In this document: piece by piece, positions 1 to 13,100 of the stretch
How the letters are laid out: every line of letters starts with the position of its first letter
How positions within the stretch are numbered: the first letter of the stretch is position 1
Assembly: GCA_030141605.1 (NCBI GenBank)
Contig: JAQGDQ010000885.1
Span: 1 to 64,000 of the forward strand
Length of the DNA: 64,000 nt
DNA from: Tubiluchus corallicola
Lineage: Eukaryota > Animalia > Priapulida
Reading direction: 5' to 3'
Notes under the pieces: generated by a model
Told to the model about the DNA's origin: nothing
The model's input: only the letters and a program-made list of their open reading frames with translations
Databases searched by the model: none
Translations under genes and position numbers: made by a program

Positions 1-321
1 CTGATGAAGATAAAAATTTTAGAGGATTGAGATTGACTTGCATGGCTTAATCTTCGAATTCAGCTCACCAGACCCGACCGCCCAATGCCAACCCTAGGGA
101 TGTCACCGATCCCCTAAAACAATGTCCAACACAAAGTGCACTTTCTACAAATTCTACGGAAACACATCCCGTCGCTGCGGCCGAGATTTTGCTCTAACAA
201 TGTCCCACACAAAGTGCACTTTCTACAAATTCTGCGGAAACACATAATGTTTGGTGAGCTGAATTCGAAGATTAAGCCATGCAAGTCAATCTCAATCTTT
301 TAAAATTTTTATCTTCATCAG
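1..321. repeat. 70-bp inverted repeat (foldback/MITE-like, probably cut by the window start) with an internal ~50-bp direct repeat
   Basis: 1-70 is the near-perfect reverse complement of 252-321; 118-167 is repeated at 197-245. Confidence 0.85.
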
Positions 322-469
322 CTTCAAGCTTAGTTGTTTAGCACAGCTAAAGATGTCTTCTAAACACATCCAGAAAGAAAATTACTGCAAATTAAATCCA
401 AAATTTTGTTTACATAAAGAATAAGTTACATTTTTTCAACATTTTGGTAAGGAACCCGAAATATCATTC

Positions 470-650
470 TCAGTTTCTCTAATGTTTCTCTAATGTTTCT
501 CTAATGTTTCTCTGATGTTTCTCTGCTGTCTCTACTGTTTCTATTCTGTTTCTCTGCTGTTTCTATAATGTTTCTCTGCTGTTTCTATACTGTTTCTCTA
601 CTGTTTCTCTAATATTTCTATACTGTTTCTCTGCTGTTTCTATACTGTTT
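470..650. repeat. 11-bp minisatellite
   Basis: tgtttctct(aa/gc/ac) tandem units. Confidence 0.85.
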
Positions 651-2170
651 AACAACAACACATTAAATTCAAGGTACAAGCTGAGTATGATTATGGTCGA
701 ACGGCATAAACTTCTTTCACGATCTAACCTGTTACAATTAATCTGGTTCCAAATCCTTATCAAATTCCCAATTAATTTCTTATTTTAAAATAAACTTCCC
801 TCCCCTAAAACTCACTTCAGATTTGTCTTGAATTTAATGGTTCTCTCACAAGCATCAAGCATCCTTTCAAGCCCATCCTATTTATTACAATTCTAATTTA
901 CATCATGATCAGATCATCTCATCTTGGAGACTATGGTGGCAGGATACCATTGACCAAGGTCCATTTGGCTGCTAATGAATCCTTGGACCTATGAATCCTT
1001 TGTGGCTTCTTGGGCTTTTCCCATCTCACTCTTTGGTCGGGGAATCTTCATTTCCTACTTCACTGGCTTGCCTCCAAGCGCCTGGTTTCCATGGTTCCCA
1101 GGTGAGATGCTGCATAATGCCTTCCTTCCTGTAGACCTCGTGCCATTTTAGTCCTCTGCTTCTTCTTTGCCTTCTCCTCAGCTTCGACATCCCCTTTGCC
1201 TCCTTCCCGCTTTCCATCTCCATTTGTCCTTTTCTTATACCCTGCAATGCAAAAGTACACAGCAGTATCCTTGTTTCTAATACCACAAATAATACGATTA
1301 TTCATCATACACAATTTACACAATATTTATTTACAATGCAGATTCATTTTCCCATTCCCAACTATGTGATTATACCATTTTCTTTTGTGCCACCAGCCTT
1401 TATTTTTCCCTTATTTTTTTTGCCTAACGAATTTTATGTCAGCCTTTTATTGTTTAGACCGCCTGTATCCTCTCCTGGACAACTATCCGTGCGGGCAGTT
1501 GAGTTCTCTCCCTCAACTCTTTCTCCGGTGGGTCCTCTGCACGCTTCTTGGCCCCTTTTGCCTTGGTCCTTGTAACAGGTACCTCGGGCGTCGTTTCGTC
1601 TGGTTACCTTTGATAACCTATCCATTTTCTGACTAGCTTTGGTGTCTGCTTAACTTTTGGTTTTTGTACAACACACTACAAACAGTTAACATAGAAACTA
1701 AATAAGCACTTAAGTAAGGATGATCTCTTGCTGTTTTTTCAGATTTGATTTGTTTGGTATCTACGTGGTGATGTTTCTAGAGATTCTGCGCACTCTTGTT
1801 CACGTCCTCCTTGTATTTTCCATCCTTATTATCGTTCTACATTCTCTACGTTCTACGTTCTACATTTGGACTTTCGTTCTACATTCTCTTATCAGATGAG
1901 GTAAGAAGCAATTAGCACACAACAAACAATTATAAAAGTTGGTTTGATATACGTGTAATGAAGCAATTTCATAAAAACGAATTGTTTCAGTTTCTCACTG
2001 ACTCGTTTGCACGTCTGAGACACCATTTCACTTTTGGTGGGGCAAAAGAGTGGCTTGCGGTTGAGGGTGTGGCTGTAGGGGTACGGGGAATTCATAATTT
2101 ATCCTCTGTGCAGCAATGCATAACGAAAATCAAGCCTAAGTTAAAATAAAATAATTTAACACAAAATAGG

Positions 2171-2828
2171 GGAACGCGAAATGATTACACTAAACGTGAA
2201 AATCTGGAAAACGTTTGAGTGTATCTGAAAATACAAGTATACAAGAGAATGTGTAAGTGGCGTCCGTGAGAAATCTGTGTATGTGTCTCAGCGGCCTGCT
2301 TCGCCTTATATAGCGTGCCCGAGAAGCTTCCAGAAGTTTTGTTCCAGAACATTCCACACGGTAACACGATCATTCCAACGGAACATTCTACAATGTTCTA
2401 TGTAATTCTAATGGATGCCAGCAATCTCAACAACAATTATTGAAGGTTCCTATGTTTTCTGTTGTGTTTTGTTTCTCTTGGAAGGCTCGTAGAGAAAAGC
2501 AGAAAACGCCGTCAAATTAAACTAGTTTATTAAGCAAGAATTCTACAACACAAAAGTATGAAGGAACACGAAATGATTACACTAAACGTGAAAATCAAGA
2601 AAACGTTTGAGTGTATCTGAAAATACAAGTATACAAGAGAATGTGTAAGTGGCGTCCATGTGAATCCGTGTGCTCCAATCTCAGCGGCCTGCTTCGCCTT
2701 ATATAGCGTGATCGAGAAGCTTCCAGAAGTTTTGTTCCAGAACATTCTACACGGTAAGACGATTAATCTAACGGAACATTCTACAATGTTCTATGTAATT
2801 CTAATAGATGCCAGCGATTTCCACAACA
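2171..2828 (-). mobile_element. Two tandem family-A LTR copies (partial 2171-2435; full 2460-2828)
   Basis: High similarity to 5154-5524 and 16336-16671; separated by a 24-bp spacer. Confidence 0.75.
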
Positions 2829-3550
2829 CTATACTTCCAAAATCAGCAAATTTTTCTCTGTGAAATTAGACTGCATAGAGAATTTCTAACTACTTCCATA
2901 CAAAGTCTGAGTGAAAATTCTACAGGCATTATATTCCGTTTATGCGTATAGTTACTGATTAAGAAAAGAAATAACTTCGCGCTTCGGAAATCGGATGCTG
3001 CATTTCGCTCCTGTTTCTAAGTAAATTCTTCCGTTCAAAACTAGAATTATATGCCATCGAGTGGAGCTATTGTCTAGGCTGAAAATGCCGTATATTTATA
3101 TGATACCAGTATTCTTGAAAATTTTATTATCAGCATGTTTGCAGCAATTATTACACGTATCCCTCAAAATTAACAGAGAATCTTAACATTACATACAAGA
3201 TCTAAATACTTTCACTTAATACCTCAATCCTTCAAATAAGCAAGAAAAAATAAACTAAATCCGTTTAATTAAGCCCAAAATAATAATGTTAATTTATTGT
3301 CATTCCAGTAACTGCAATATTCACACAATTAAATTTTCATTGTTCCATATAAGTACATCAAGGTATTGTAAGGAAGTGTAAAAGTTATAAAAGCACTTCA
3401 TGATGGTCATATATTTCCATTTCATAATGTCAGTATTTATAGTAATGCCAGTGTCTATAGACGTGATGCTGTTATAGCCTGCACTGTTTCTTAGGAAAGT
3501 GTATAATCTCTCATAATAACGTTTCAGGCTTATTAGTGCACCCTAAAAAC

Positions 3551-3769
3551 CAGGGCCTATTTCAGCCTAAGCGAGGCCCGGGGAAGTGGGGCCCCCTCGG
3601 GTTGGCGCCCAGAAAGTTTTTGAACTGCTGGAACGCCGGAGAAGCATTTTCGAAGAGAAACTTTGGAGTTATACAGTTGTTAAAGGAAAGAACAATTGAA
3701 AGAAAAACTGCTTTATTCTCAAGACCAGTCCTTAATACTTGTCAATACTGGCAAACGGCGCACGTGCGG

Positions 3770-3808
<39 letters not shown>

Positions 3809-3919
3809 GTAGTATGTTCGCATAAAGCAAAAAAATGTTACGTTGGCACGAGGCCCCCCTTGAGGGTGAGGCCCCGGGGAAATATTCCCACTTACCCCCC
3901 CCCCCTGAAATAGGCCCTG
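3551..3919. mobile_element. hAT-type MITE
   Basis: Perfect 15-bp TIR cagggcctatttcag / ctgaaataggccctg; perfect 8-bp TSD ctaaaaac. Confidence 0.9.
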
Positions 3920-4006
3920 CTAAAAACAAGCAGAATTTATGCTACCTTATCACTTATTACATGTATTCACTCTCAGCAAAGCTTTACTTTTTGCTAATAA
4001 ATATTA

Positions 4007-4107
4007 TTAAAAGTAGCAAGGATCAGGAGTCACTGCTTCTTCTGTGTCATCTACTGGTACAGGAACATGTAAATTGTCGATTCTGTACTGCGTCATGGCC
4101 TGTTCCT
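4007..4107 (-). CDS. CD109: TEP terminal coding exon
   Basis: tttcag acceptor in phase with the preceding exon (VYSYYNT); [33 protein letters not shown]. Confidence 0.7.
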
Positions 4108-7100
4108 CTGAAAAGGAAACCAGGAGATGAGTCATTCTTTGATTTGTTATAAAAACAAACTTATGAAAAGAGTTACAGGCTGTTTACAGAAAATTTTCTG
4201 GTGGTGAAGAAGTGAAAAATACGAAATATTATTTGTACAAACCATTTTAGTTTCAAGATCATTTATCAATTATGAATGAACCATTATTTGACCAAAAAGA
4301 AGAAAATGCCAAATATCCAGGAGTAAAGGCACCATTCAGACTAATGAGTTCTCTGCTTGTATATGAATCAGCCAGGGATTCGGGGACTCTTTGAATGACC
4401 AGCCCAACATCCTTGACCACTAAATTTAACAGCCTGCTGACAACAGAGAAAGTGAGTGCACAATAAGATATTTGTACTCCTCTTTCACATTGCATAGTTT
4501 TTTACTTTTAAAATATTTAATAGTTTGTTCTGATAATATCCCTTACAGATGCAAACATTGTCGAAAAGACATTTCATAACTTAGTCTCTATAGAAAGTTT
4601 ATATTTTTATTTATTAAGGCCCTATTTGACAGCTAGAATGATTGTAAAGTACTCGTTTTAAAACGTGTAGGATTTTTTCATCAGCCAATGTCTATTGAAT
4701 AAGTGTGTAAACGTTATCACGTTATAATTTCACCATAAAATTACGTTCATTTCACAGTGGAATGTTACATTTACCACATGTTAGCTTTATATTACATAAA
4801 TGTAATTAGATCTATATCACTATAAAATGTAGGGAAAAATGAAGTGCAGTTTACTCACCAGTGTTATAATAAGAATAAACTCGAGCTGGACTATGTTTTA
4901 AGTGATCTACAATAACTACTCTGTTTGCATGCACTTTTGCGCAGGTGTCCTCATCATTAGGAATCTGCAAATTAAGTAAATAGTTTGAAAACTTAGTGAA
5001 AAGGCACAGTCATATTACTGACTATCTATGACAAAACTTTATATTTCTGACATGCTGTTTACTAAAATCATCAGTAAAGCCTTGTACTCAGTAACTACAG
5101 TAACTAGCTGGAAAAATGCTGGTATTAGCTCCATGAAGTGTTCCTATGTTTTCTGTTGTGTTTTGTTTCTCTTGGAAGGCTCGTAGAGAAAAGCAGAAAA
5201 CACGCCGTCAAATTAAACTAGTTTATTAAGCGAGAATTCTACAACACAAAAGTATGAAGGAACACGAAATGATTACACTAAACGTGAAAATCTGGAAAAC
5301 GTTTGAGTGTATCTGAAAATACAAGTATACAAGAGAATGTGTAAGTGGCGTCCATGTGAATCCGTGTGCTCCAATCTCAGCGGCCTGCTTCGCCTTATAT
5401 AGCGTGCCCGAGAAGCTTCCAGAAGTTTTGTTCCAGAACATTCTACACGGTAAGACGATTAATCTAACGGAACATTCTAAAATGTTCTATGTAATTCTAG
5501 TAGATGCGAGCGATCTCCACAACATTTTCCTTTTTCTTCCAATTTTCTCACTCGTTTACCTACCCAAGCTTCATTCTGGAAATCTGTCAAACATACCTGA
5601 TTATAATAAATATTGACTGCACTGCCTTCGTCAGCAGGCTCGACCATTTGTAAATCTCTTAACCGCGTCAAATCGTTGAGCTGATCTTCGTCAACTTTGA
5701 AGCCAGACGGCAACTGAATTTCTGCCACAGACATACCGCTTGGACCGTCATTCAGATATCTATGAAAAGGATTAAGTTACGTGAAAACGGTTGCAAGTAG
5801 AACAACTAAACTTTAAGAAACATTAAGGAATAAAACTTTAATGTAATCAGCGCCCTCTAAAGAACAAAACAATAACTAACCTATAGTATCTTGAAAGAGT
5901 ACAATAAATAAAAAGTGTTTACACAATAATTTAACAATAACAGAACTTACCTGGAACAAATTTCTACAACTATTATATTTTCATCTGGACTCCACCCTTT
6001 TGATGATATATTATACGCTGGTGGTAAATCATCTACAATTTCGTTGTATTGCCATGACACCTGCACTAAACTGGTACCAGTTCCAGAAGCTGTGAAAGAA
6101 ACTATTTGCTCAGGACTGCCAACCTAAAGTGAGTGCACAATTGTTACATGTAGCATTTATCTATTAAATCATCACTGAATAAAAGTTTTTACACAAAAAC
6201 TATAGGCAAAAATGTCAGCTGATATCAATTTACTTACCACCCACTCTTGTAGTACGTCAGCATTTTCTGCATTGACAACAAATTTATTATGAGTAGACCC
6301 GGCAGTAATATCTATCTCGATATTTGTGTCTGGTGACTGTGTTTTTTCTCCAAACTCGGACAGAGCTTGTAAACCAATTATTGTATCCTAGAGAAAATTC
6401 AAAAATAAGACTGCATAGACTGCTGTTTTATATTAACACAGGGCACCATAATGCATTAATTAAAATAATATATTACTGTTTAACTTACTACAAAATATAC
6501 CTATAAAAGTGTGTCCATAGAAGGTACAAACTACATTAAAATATTAGGTTAATTTTTGGCTATCTGTATCTTAAAATATACTATTTGCATTGCATATCGA
6601 GAAATGCATGTTAGCTTTCCAGTACACATCATCTAGTAGACTAAGTAGCTTATTCTATTACATAATACATATGCATACCTGTGTTGAAGAAAATCCACCC
6701 AGAGAATTCCTCTGGCTAACTAACCATTTCATAACTGGAATAGCATCCACTGGATTATCATTAGCTAAGTATGCGAGGAGACCATAAGCAGTCATCTCAA
6801 TATCCACAGACTTGTGATTGTGGTGCTTGTAATATCTAGATGGCTTTTTCTCTTCTTGTGGGTTCATCCAGTATTTCTTATCATCTGTGTGAAATAAAGT
6901 TTAGCGCTAGTATACAAACACGGTAACTTATTTTCAGCCAAGTTGTTTGTGTTTATTCTTGAGTACTGTTTAAAACAGGGGTGTGCAAAGTGTGGCCCGC
7001 GGGCCTCTTGCGGCCCACAAAGAGATTTCTCAACCGAAAGTGTGCCCCGATCGATTAATTGAGTGTATCCAGCTGAAGTCCGTGCCACGATCCCAAAGAT

Positions 7101-10100
7101 AGTGCGGGTAGTTTTTTCTACTAGATCAGATGCCATTAACCCTTTACAAGTCGGTTGTAGCTTAATGTCACTGTACTACACAGACTGTGTGATACACATT
7201 ACTAATATGCATTGTAATGAAATTATCACTATATGTCCTGAAAGTAGAAATATATGGTTTGTAATGTAAATTTTAATAACTTCTAAAATAGTTCTTGAGC
7301 GTAGTAGTAATGATGTACGCAGGTCGGATGCAAAAATAATCGTTATTAGGCTTTTCTGTACTTGGCTCCTTGATCAAACTGCCTGTGGCCTGTAGGAATT
7401 GCGGGAAAGTTTATTGTGGCCCAGCTAGTCTGATAATTTGCACACTCCTGGTTTAAAGCAAAAGCTAATACTTGCCTATCTATGCCCATTTTAATGTCTA
7501 GCTTTAAAGAATCTATCTTCATAGATAGAGAGCATTGATAAGAAGTACAGATGCCCTTATACATGAAATCACTGCAATTAAAAATTCATTTTGAGTTTTT
7601 GACCTTGTGAACCTGGGCTTCGACCTTTTAAACCAAAAAGCAATTGGTCTTCAGGTCTTGCTCAGACCTATCCCTGTCACCCTAATTTCACCAGTTTTGA
7701 TTTTACTGTAACTTAGTTGTGCAGATAGACACATAGAGTCAACTAATAATTAATCGCCTTATTCACATACCTATTAATTTTATAATCCTCTTATCTGCAA
7801 ATCAGAGTAAAAACCAGAACTAGTCTACATAAAAGAAATTTTTCTAGTAAACTGCTCTTAAACATTATTACGTTATGAGCTCTGGAACATACCTTCAGTT
7901 ATGGCAAGGTCGTCAAATTTTCTTTGTGTAATAGTAGCCATTTTGTGATCCATTAATGTAAATGCATAATTCACAAGTGCTAAATCATATGGTGTTTCCA
8001 ATGTGTCCACCTTTGAAGCTAAATAGTCAGCAGCCCTTTTGATTGCGTCTTTAAGACCAGAAACGTCTATCTTGGCAATACCCTATACAATTGAATTTAA
8101 ATTGCAATTTTATAGTGAAAAGGAAATCTTTCATACTTGTTTTATATAAGATACATTCAATTACAAGATAAATTAATGTGCAACTTCATTAAAATAACAT
8201 TCGTAGATGCAGTGAATTATACGATTAAAAAGTTACCTCATCTTGCATGTTTTTATCAACTTCTAACAATGATATAAGAGTGTACGCAGAAAGAGCAATT
8301 CCTTTGCTAGCTTGCCCCTATAACAAAAATGGTATCAACATTATACAAAAACCGAAAAACGACATATGTAAAGGCAGAACTTACTCCATACTAAGAAACA
8401 CTGCACCTTCTTTCAGAATTGTATATTGTGTCAACAGAGTTTGAAGTTTTTGATATGATAGCCTGGTGCCAAATAGCTTGCTGGCAACACACATTCACTC
8501 AGAGAGCAAACAATATTTACGTATATTACCTGCATCTCTTTGTGTATCACACGACCTCCCACTTCCTTAAATGCTCCATCTGCTTGCTGATGTCTAACCA
8601 GCCATGATACTGTTCTGGTCATAACTTTAGGATCAATGAAGAGATACTTCTCAGCTTGAGAGAACGATTTAGCAACGAATGCCGTCAACCTAAGAAAATA
8701 AAAATGATTCTGGAACATCCACTTTCAGTGGAACGCTACTCTTATTTGTTAAAAAGCAGGTGTTAACTAGAGTAAGGCTAACTATTAAAAAATGTTATTC
8801 GATGAGCACACGTACGTAGTCATCATCATCATCATGCGCCCATCACATCTATTGTAGACATTCGACAGGCAGAATTCTAAAATAAAAGAAATCTGCCTTC
8901 AGACAGTTAAACGCAGCAGTAATCCAGCAAAAAAACTAGACACTGCTACGCCAGTGGCTTGTCAGCACCACTTCCGTTAACACGTACGTAGCACCAATTT
9001 TAACATCAGCAGAAATCAGCAATTCAAACTAATTCTGATAACTGTTCTGTAGACCGGAAATAGTAGACCACGAGAATTTCAAATATAATCTGCTCAAATA
9101 ATAAACTTCATTGTCAGCATTATAACCTGTTATGTAAGTTTAACTGGTTTCTATTTTCGAATTGCCATTTTGCAGTTAAAAGAAATGCAAGGCATGTTGT
9201 TGCTAAATCTTTTAACAACATTGGTATTTAACCATCTCTACAATACAAACAACCTATAATATTATGAACCTCATTATACATCTGGTGTTTATCTGCAAAA
9301 TGTCCAAACCTGTGGTGCATTTAACATAATGTGTATGATGGTAAGCCTTGCAATAATCACACTTTCCTGGGCTTTCCTTGCATGGAGTGAATTTTGCACA
9401 TCATCCTTAGCTTTAAACAAGATATAAAGTTTCACGAAACAATGTAAAGAATCATCAAGCCTTCGTTTTTGTTTCAGTAAAATAATTCGTTGTATTGGTT
9501 GTGTGAAGCTGATTATTGATGTTTTAGGTTATGGCAAAACTATGAAGAGTCTGATTATAAAACTACACATTTATTAAACATCAAACACAATAAGTGTAAC
9601 AGATAGTAATGCCAAGCCCCTGATCTAGCTTGCTCTCCTTCAGCTCCCAGACTCAATTCCCTGAGCTGGGTGCATCACAAGGCTTATATATCGTGCGCAG
9701 AGCTTCGACACCTCGATTCTGAATCACTTACTCACGTGACACCACTCATTAACTGGCTTCATACCAGCATTCATCAACATAATTATCTATCATAATCTAA
9801 TGCTTTTAACATAGTTTACCAGGTCCTCTTTACTGCTTGCACTTACCATACGCTTCCATGATCATCTCTATTACCAAATGCACTAAATGATCCATCTTTT
9901 CTTTGGTATTTAAGCTCTCGTTGATACCCTTTAAAAACGCAATATTATTTGTAAATGAATGCAACTAATTCTCTTAGCGAGTTATAGCATTAAGTGAATC
10001 GAATAATAAACAAAAACAAAAATTTTGAAGAAGCCAAGTGATAAAAGAATGTGCTACTCTTAGCCATTATAAGAAATAATTTTAAAACCTACGTGTGCTA

Positions 10101-13100
10101 AAAACTGGACAAATCTTAATAGCTTACCTATATCCATAAATTGTTTGGTTTTAGTTTGAATATCAGGAGTGTACTCATCAATAGCTATGAGGTAATTGGA
10201 CACAAAGATATTGGGAGCAAACGTGATCATATTCTGTTCACCGCATCCTGTCGGCATACGAATCAACCTGTCCAAATTCTTTAATGAAGGTCCCATCAAA
10301 TCTCCTATAACGGACACTTCCAATCGCTCAGAACCTTCAACGATATCATCGGGCCATGGTATTGTAGTCGTACGTTTGACAACTTTGACGCTTTTGACCT
10401 CTTCCTGCATGAGATCTACAAAGTTAGCTTTATTGAAATAGCGAGTGACTCCCTCAGGCTGAAATGAAAAAGCTGATTCTTTATTTTGATCAAGATTACC
10501 TGATGTGAACTGAGTTGTCTACGTATTAACACTAACTATACCAACAAATCCGAATAAAAATCAAAATAAGAACTAGATTGTACCTTCACTCGAAGATTCT
10601 TTGTAAAAGCGTCAGCCGCCGTTTCAGTTTGTCCGCTAATTTTCAGTGGTATTTCTCCAATAACTAGCGGTTTGATTCCAAAGAAAACAACAGTTGGTTC
10701 TCCAGGTGGTGCCTACATAAATATTATCACACATTAATAGCCATTTGACACATTTATGCTACACATATCAATTTTAACTTCAATGAGATGCTAGACATGC
10801 GAAATAATGTTAAGAACGTTACAGAAATGCCTTTTATAACATGTACAGTACCTTGATTTCTTTGCTTCTGCTGTCAAACTTGGCAGAGCTGGGCACACCA
10901 ATGTGTTCAAATGTTTCCCCACCACCGTGTAGTGTCAGCAAAACGTTTGTGTCATGATTTAGGTAGTTAAACACCAGAACTCTGATATAGACGTCCTCAC
11001 CACGAATTTCAGATTTAGGAAGTTCTACTTGAATGAAAAATTTTCTTGATACTGTAATCTAAAAAATATAAAAACGATATTTTAACTGAATTAAATCACA
11101 ACCAGTTTTTTGTTTGCTCTAAACCGAATCAGAATCAAATATCTCAATTTACATAAGGACAATTTCATTTTCCTCATGTACTAATTGCTAATTGGGCAGC
11201 CGGGTAAACTCTAGAACTTAGAATACCAATTTAGTCTCCAAAATTCTTTAAAACGTAAGGTACTTTATTAGTCTTTTTTCTCCCAACTGGTTTATTCTTG
11301 AAATTACTTTCTATGATATATATAGTGTTACGAAGGCGAAATGCCCTTTATTTTCAATCTTCCCCCTCTACATTGTGATAGTTTCATCCTTTATGAAGCC
11401 ATTACATATCAGCGTTTCATAGCAGCTATAAAGTATATGGACGCTATAGCCAGTCTAACATTCGCCGGTTTCGCACATTTGGGAGAAGTTACGTGAAGAG
11501 ACGCAAAGAGCTTCCCGATCTGCTATCGTCTCAAAGAAGAGGAACAACGGTGCTACGTTAGTTGGTGCAGTCCTTATGAGCCTGCGGACCTACTCCAGCC
11601 ATCTGGTTGAGAAACACCCACCTTGCAAGCGAGACGCACGTACTCGGACATCAACTTTCATGGCAAATTGAACCCCATGAGTCTCCAGACCGCTTTCTGA
11701 ATCTGGCCGGGACAGAGTCAGCTCTCCGATCCTCAACTACAGTCATTTCATAATTCCTTTTGTTCAGAAAATTTCAACACAAGCGTTTTTCGTAAGCATT
11801 CTGCTCTTAAATGGCAAAAACGTTTTAGGCATAACAGACATTTTGCACTCCTGTAAAACTTGTAAATTTATTTTTTTTTCAATCAAAAAAATTCTCCTGC
11901 GTGCTTCGTTCTGGTTCGAGGCCGAACCATTTTCTTTAGAGGAGGGTAGTGTTACGAAGGAGAAATGCCCTTTATTTTCGACCCTCCCTCTCTACATTGT
12001 GATGGCTTTATTCCTTACGAAGCCATTGCATATCAGCGTTTCATAGCAGCTATAAAGTAGCTGGTATGGAATGGCCTCATCGGTTCAATGATACACACAC
12101 ATATATTTACATCCATGTAGTGGATACACATAAAGCATACATATAGGCAGTAATTTCAAGAATAAACCAGTTGCGAGAAAAAAGACCATAAACACTGTAA
12201 TGAGAGTAAAGTACCTTACGTTTTAAAGGATTTTGGGTCTATATAAATGATGTATATATGCGCATATTAAAAGTAATTTTTGGGTTAGTCACAAAGTAAC
12301 TGTATAATGTCATCAACACTATGATGTTGTTGTCATCTTCGTTCTTCTTGTTGTTCGTGCAATGACGTCACAATAGAGTTACTCTGTATTTTAAAAATTT
12401 GCAAAAGAACTGATCCTTGCCAATGATACATGGTGTTCTGAATGACGTATCCAGGCAGTTGGACAGAAAAATCATCAAGAAGCGAATAATCCGATGCTTC
12501 GCATTCTTGACTAGTTTTACATGTTTAGCCATTAATTGTTTTTAAGATAAAACTATATAGAAATAAATGGCAAATTTATTTTGAACTGAGTTATTGCAAT
12601 TAGTAATAAACGCACCTTAGCTGTTTCTTCTGCAATTCCCAAGCCACATGCATCGCTTATGGCAAATGCACTAGCAATCCATGACGTAATTGTATCAGGA
12701 ACGTCAGTGGTGATTGTTCTAGAGCCGTTAGAGCTAAAGTCATAAAAATAACTATTATTGTTGAAAGTAGCACCACTAGTAATCTGTTAACAATTGTCGT
12801 ATTTTGTAAAATGACCAAAAATTAAATAAGCTTCTTCTTAAATGTTGACATGTCTATCAAGATTTAATTAAATTCATGTTAAAAGCAAAAACTATATATA
12901 GTATGTGCTTTTTTTCGAAAACACGATAAACATAAACATGAATTGGCATTTGACGTACGTAATCAGACACAAATTCGTCATGCTAAATTATAATTAGAGC
13001 ATTCGAAAGTTATAATTTGTATGTATCACAATACAGTAATTTTTCCAGTAGTTTAAACAGACAATGTGATGTGTTAGTAAGCAAACCATTTATTTAATCT

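Noticed and set aside
266-290. aagattaagccatgca resembles the 5' region of SSU rRNA
   Set aside because: Only about 20 nt, inside an inverted repeat, with no flanking rRNA similarity.
900-1640. GC-richer blocks with short ORFs that might be exons of another minus-strand gene
   Set aside because: No recognisable domain, and I could not build a consistent splice model.
2185-2863. Recurrent short ORFs ([10 protein letters not shown]..., MNPCAPISA...)
   Set aside because: They recur only because they lie in family-A LTR copies; frames are not conserved.
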